A stretch of DNA of 63,628 nucleotides from an uncultured Candidatus Saccharibacteria bacterium. GTDB lineage: Bacteria > Patescibacteriota > Saccharimonadia > Saccharimonadales > JACDBH01. The stretch covers positions 26,033 to 89,660 of the forward strand of contig CAYSJS010000004.1 of assembly GCA_964431415.1 (NCBI GenBank), given 5' to 3'. Numbering within the stretch: the stretch's first letter is position 1; every line of letters starts with the position of its first letter. The notes beneath the pieces were generated by a model. That model searched no databases. It saw only the letters and a list, made by a program, of their open reading frames with translations, and was not told the origin of the DNA. Both the position numbers and the translations under genes were made by a program. Of the stretch, positions 62,722 to 63,628 are shown piece by piece.

Positions 62722-63531
62722 TTGACTATCTCCGATCTCATCAGCGCCGCATCGTCGCTCTTACAGGAGGCAGGGATTGCTACGGCACGTCTCGACGTTT
62801 TAGTATTGCTTGAGGACGTAACTGGCAAAGACCGCGGCTGGCTGCTTGCACACCCCGAATTTGAGCTAGATACAAAAATTGCAACAAAGTTGCAGAAAAT
62901 GGTCCAAAAACGTGCACTGCATATTCCCCTGGCCTATATTCGTGGCAAAACCGAGTTTTATGGCCGAGAGTTTAAGGTAAGTCCCCACACGCTCGAACCT
63001 AGGCCTGAATCCGAAACGATGATTGAACTTTTTAAGTCAATCTCTCTGACGGAACACGCAATTTTGGGTGATATAGGCTGCGGTTCCGGCGCATTAGGCA
63101 TAACCGCCGCCCTTGAAAGACCAGGTATACAGCCGGTTTTTATAGACATAGACCAGGACGCGCTCGCTATTACTAAATACAACTCCCGCCAACATAACAT
63201 TAAAGGTCAGTACTACGTAGGCAACCTGCTTGATGCTTGGTCCATGCCTTATGACGTCCTGCTCTGCAACCTCCCCTATGTACCCGAAAACCACACGATC
63301 AATCAGGCCGCCATGCAGGAACCCCATCATGCCATTTTCGGCGGATCTGATGGGCTTGATCTGTACCGCACGCTATTTACGCAACTCTCGGCGGGAGCCT
63401 GCGGGAAACCGATTGTACTGACCGAGTCATTACCTTTTCAGCATCGAACTCTGCGTAAAATTGCAGAAGAGCACGGTTATAAAGAGGCTAAAGAATCCGA
63501 CTTTATACAGGTATTCAAGTATTATGCCTAA
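62722..63531 (+). CDS. prmC: Release factor glutamine N5-methyltransferase PrmC
   Basis: DIGCGSGALGI SAM motif and NLPYVP catalytic motif. TTG start with AGGAGA SD. Follows prfA. Confidence 0.85.
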   Translation: MTISDLISAASSLLQEAGIATARLDVLVLLEDVTGKDRGWLLAHPEFELDTKIATKLQKMVQKRALHIPLAYIRGKTEFYGREFKVSPHTLEPRPESETMIELFKSISLTEHAILGDIGCGSGALGITAALERPGIQPVFIDIDQDALAITKYNSRQHNIKGQYYVGNLLDAWSMPYDVLLCNLPYVPENHTINQAAMQEPHHAIFGGSDGLDLYRTLFTQLSAGACGKPIVLTESLPFQHRTLRKIAEEHGYKEAKESDFIQVFKYYA

Positions 63532-63545
63532 AAACTCCTGAGCAC

Positions 63546-63628
63546 CTACTGCTCTGGGGCGGCTTCGAGCGTTACTTCTATATCTAGTTCTTTGCCGTCG
63601 CGGTTTACTTTGAGCTTTACCTTGTCAC
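63546..63628 (-). CDS. C-terminal end of a gene entering from the right edge (PDZ-like tail, possibly an HtrA-type protease)
   Basis: Manual translation ...DKVKLKVNRDGKELDIEVTLEAAPEQ* resembles the end of a PDZ domain. Only 27 codons are visible. Confidence 0.3.
   Translation of the reverse strand, partial: DKVKLKVNRDGKELDIEVTLEAAPEQ

Overview
The window is 63.6 kb of dense, reduced-genome-style bacterial chromosome. About 85 protein genes are present, with short spacers, and roughly 90% of them lie on the minus strand. Plus-strand islands occur only at 16.1-16.6, 25.2-26.8, 49.9-51.6 and 61.2-63.5 kb. The content is mostly housekeeping:
- A dcw-cluster start (mraZ-rsmH-ftsL-ftsI).
- Four aminoacyl-tRNA synthetases (glyQS, serS, lysS, proS).
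- secA-hpf, prfB, prfA-prmC, rpsB-tsf-frr, rpmA, rpmE, pyrG, recO, xseAB and greA.
- An ftsE-ftsX-(PcsB-like CHAP)-ctpA division module, plus rseP.
I saw no rRNA, tRNA, CRISPR array, integrase or transposase. The gene set (INS-less ProRS, short EF-Ts, SipW/TasA-like pair, many small orphan ORFs) suggests a Patescibacteria/CPR-like organism, possibly Saccharibacteria. That is only an inference.
The items most worth follow-up are:
1. A co-directional accessory array at 8.7-14.2 kb (PIF1 helicase, NYN nuclease, DUF1761 membrane protein, unknown protein, RNase HI, a DUF4868/KwaB-like protein without KwaA, and a CYTH enzyme).
2. A terminator-capped, rod-like structured RNA of about 270 nt at 8.42-8.69 kb.
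3. A structured 241-nt element flanked by a perfect 18-bp direct repeat, inserted between rsmH and ftsL.
4. Phased GTGGGTA repeats plus two perfect inverted DnaA boxes upstream of mraZ.
5. A G7 homopolymer frameshift splitting a GalU-like gene.
6. A duplicated hairpin element interleaved with a duplicated msrA 3' fragment at 45.1-45.5 kb.
7. A LysRS with a C-terminal DUF2000-like fusion.
8. A histidine-kinase/receiver pair in which both phospho-acceptor residues appear replaced by Glu.
9. A genome-style signature of leaderless genes (TATACT-like -10 box 6-11 nt upstream of the start codon, no Shine-Dalgarno).
All functional calls come from reading the translated ORFs and the DNA by eye. No database search was run.
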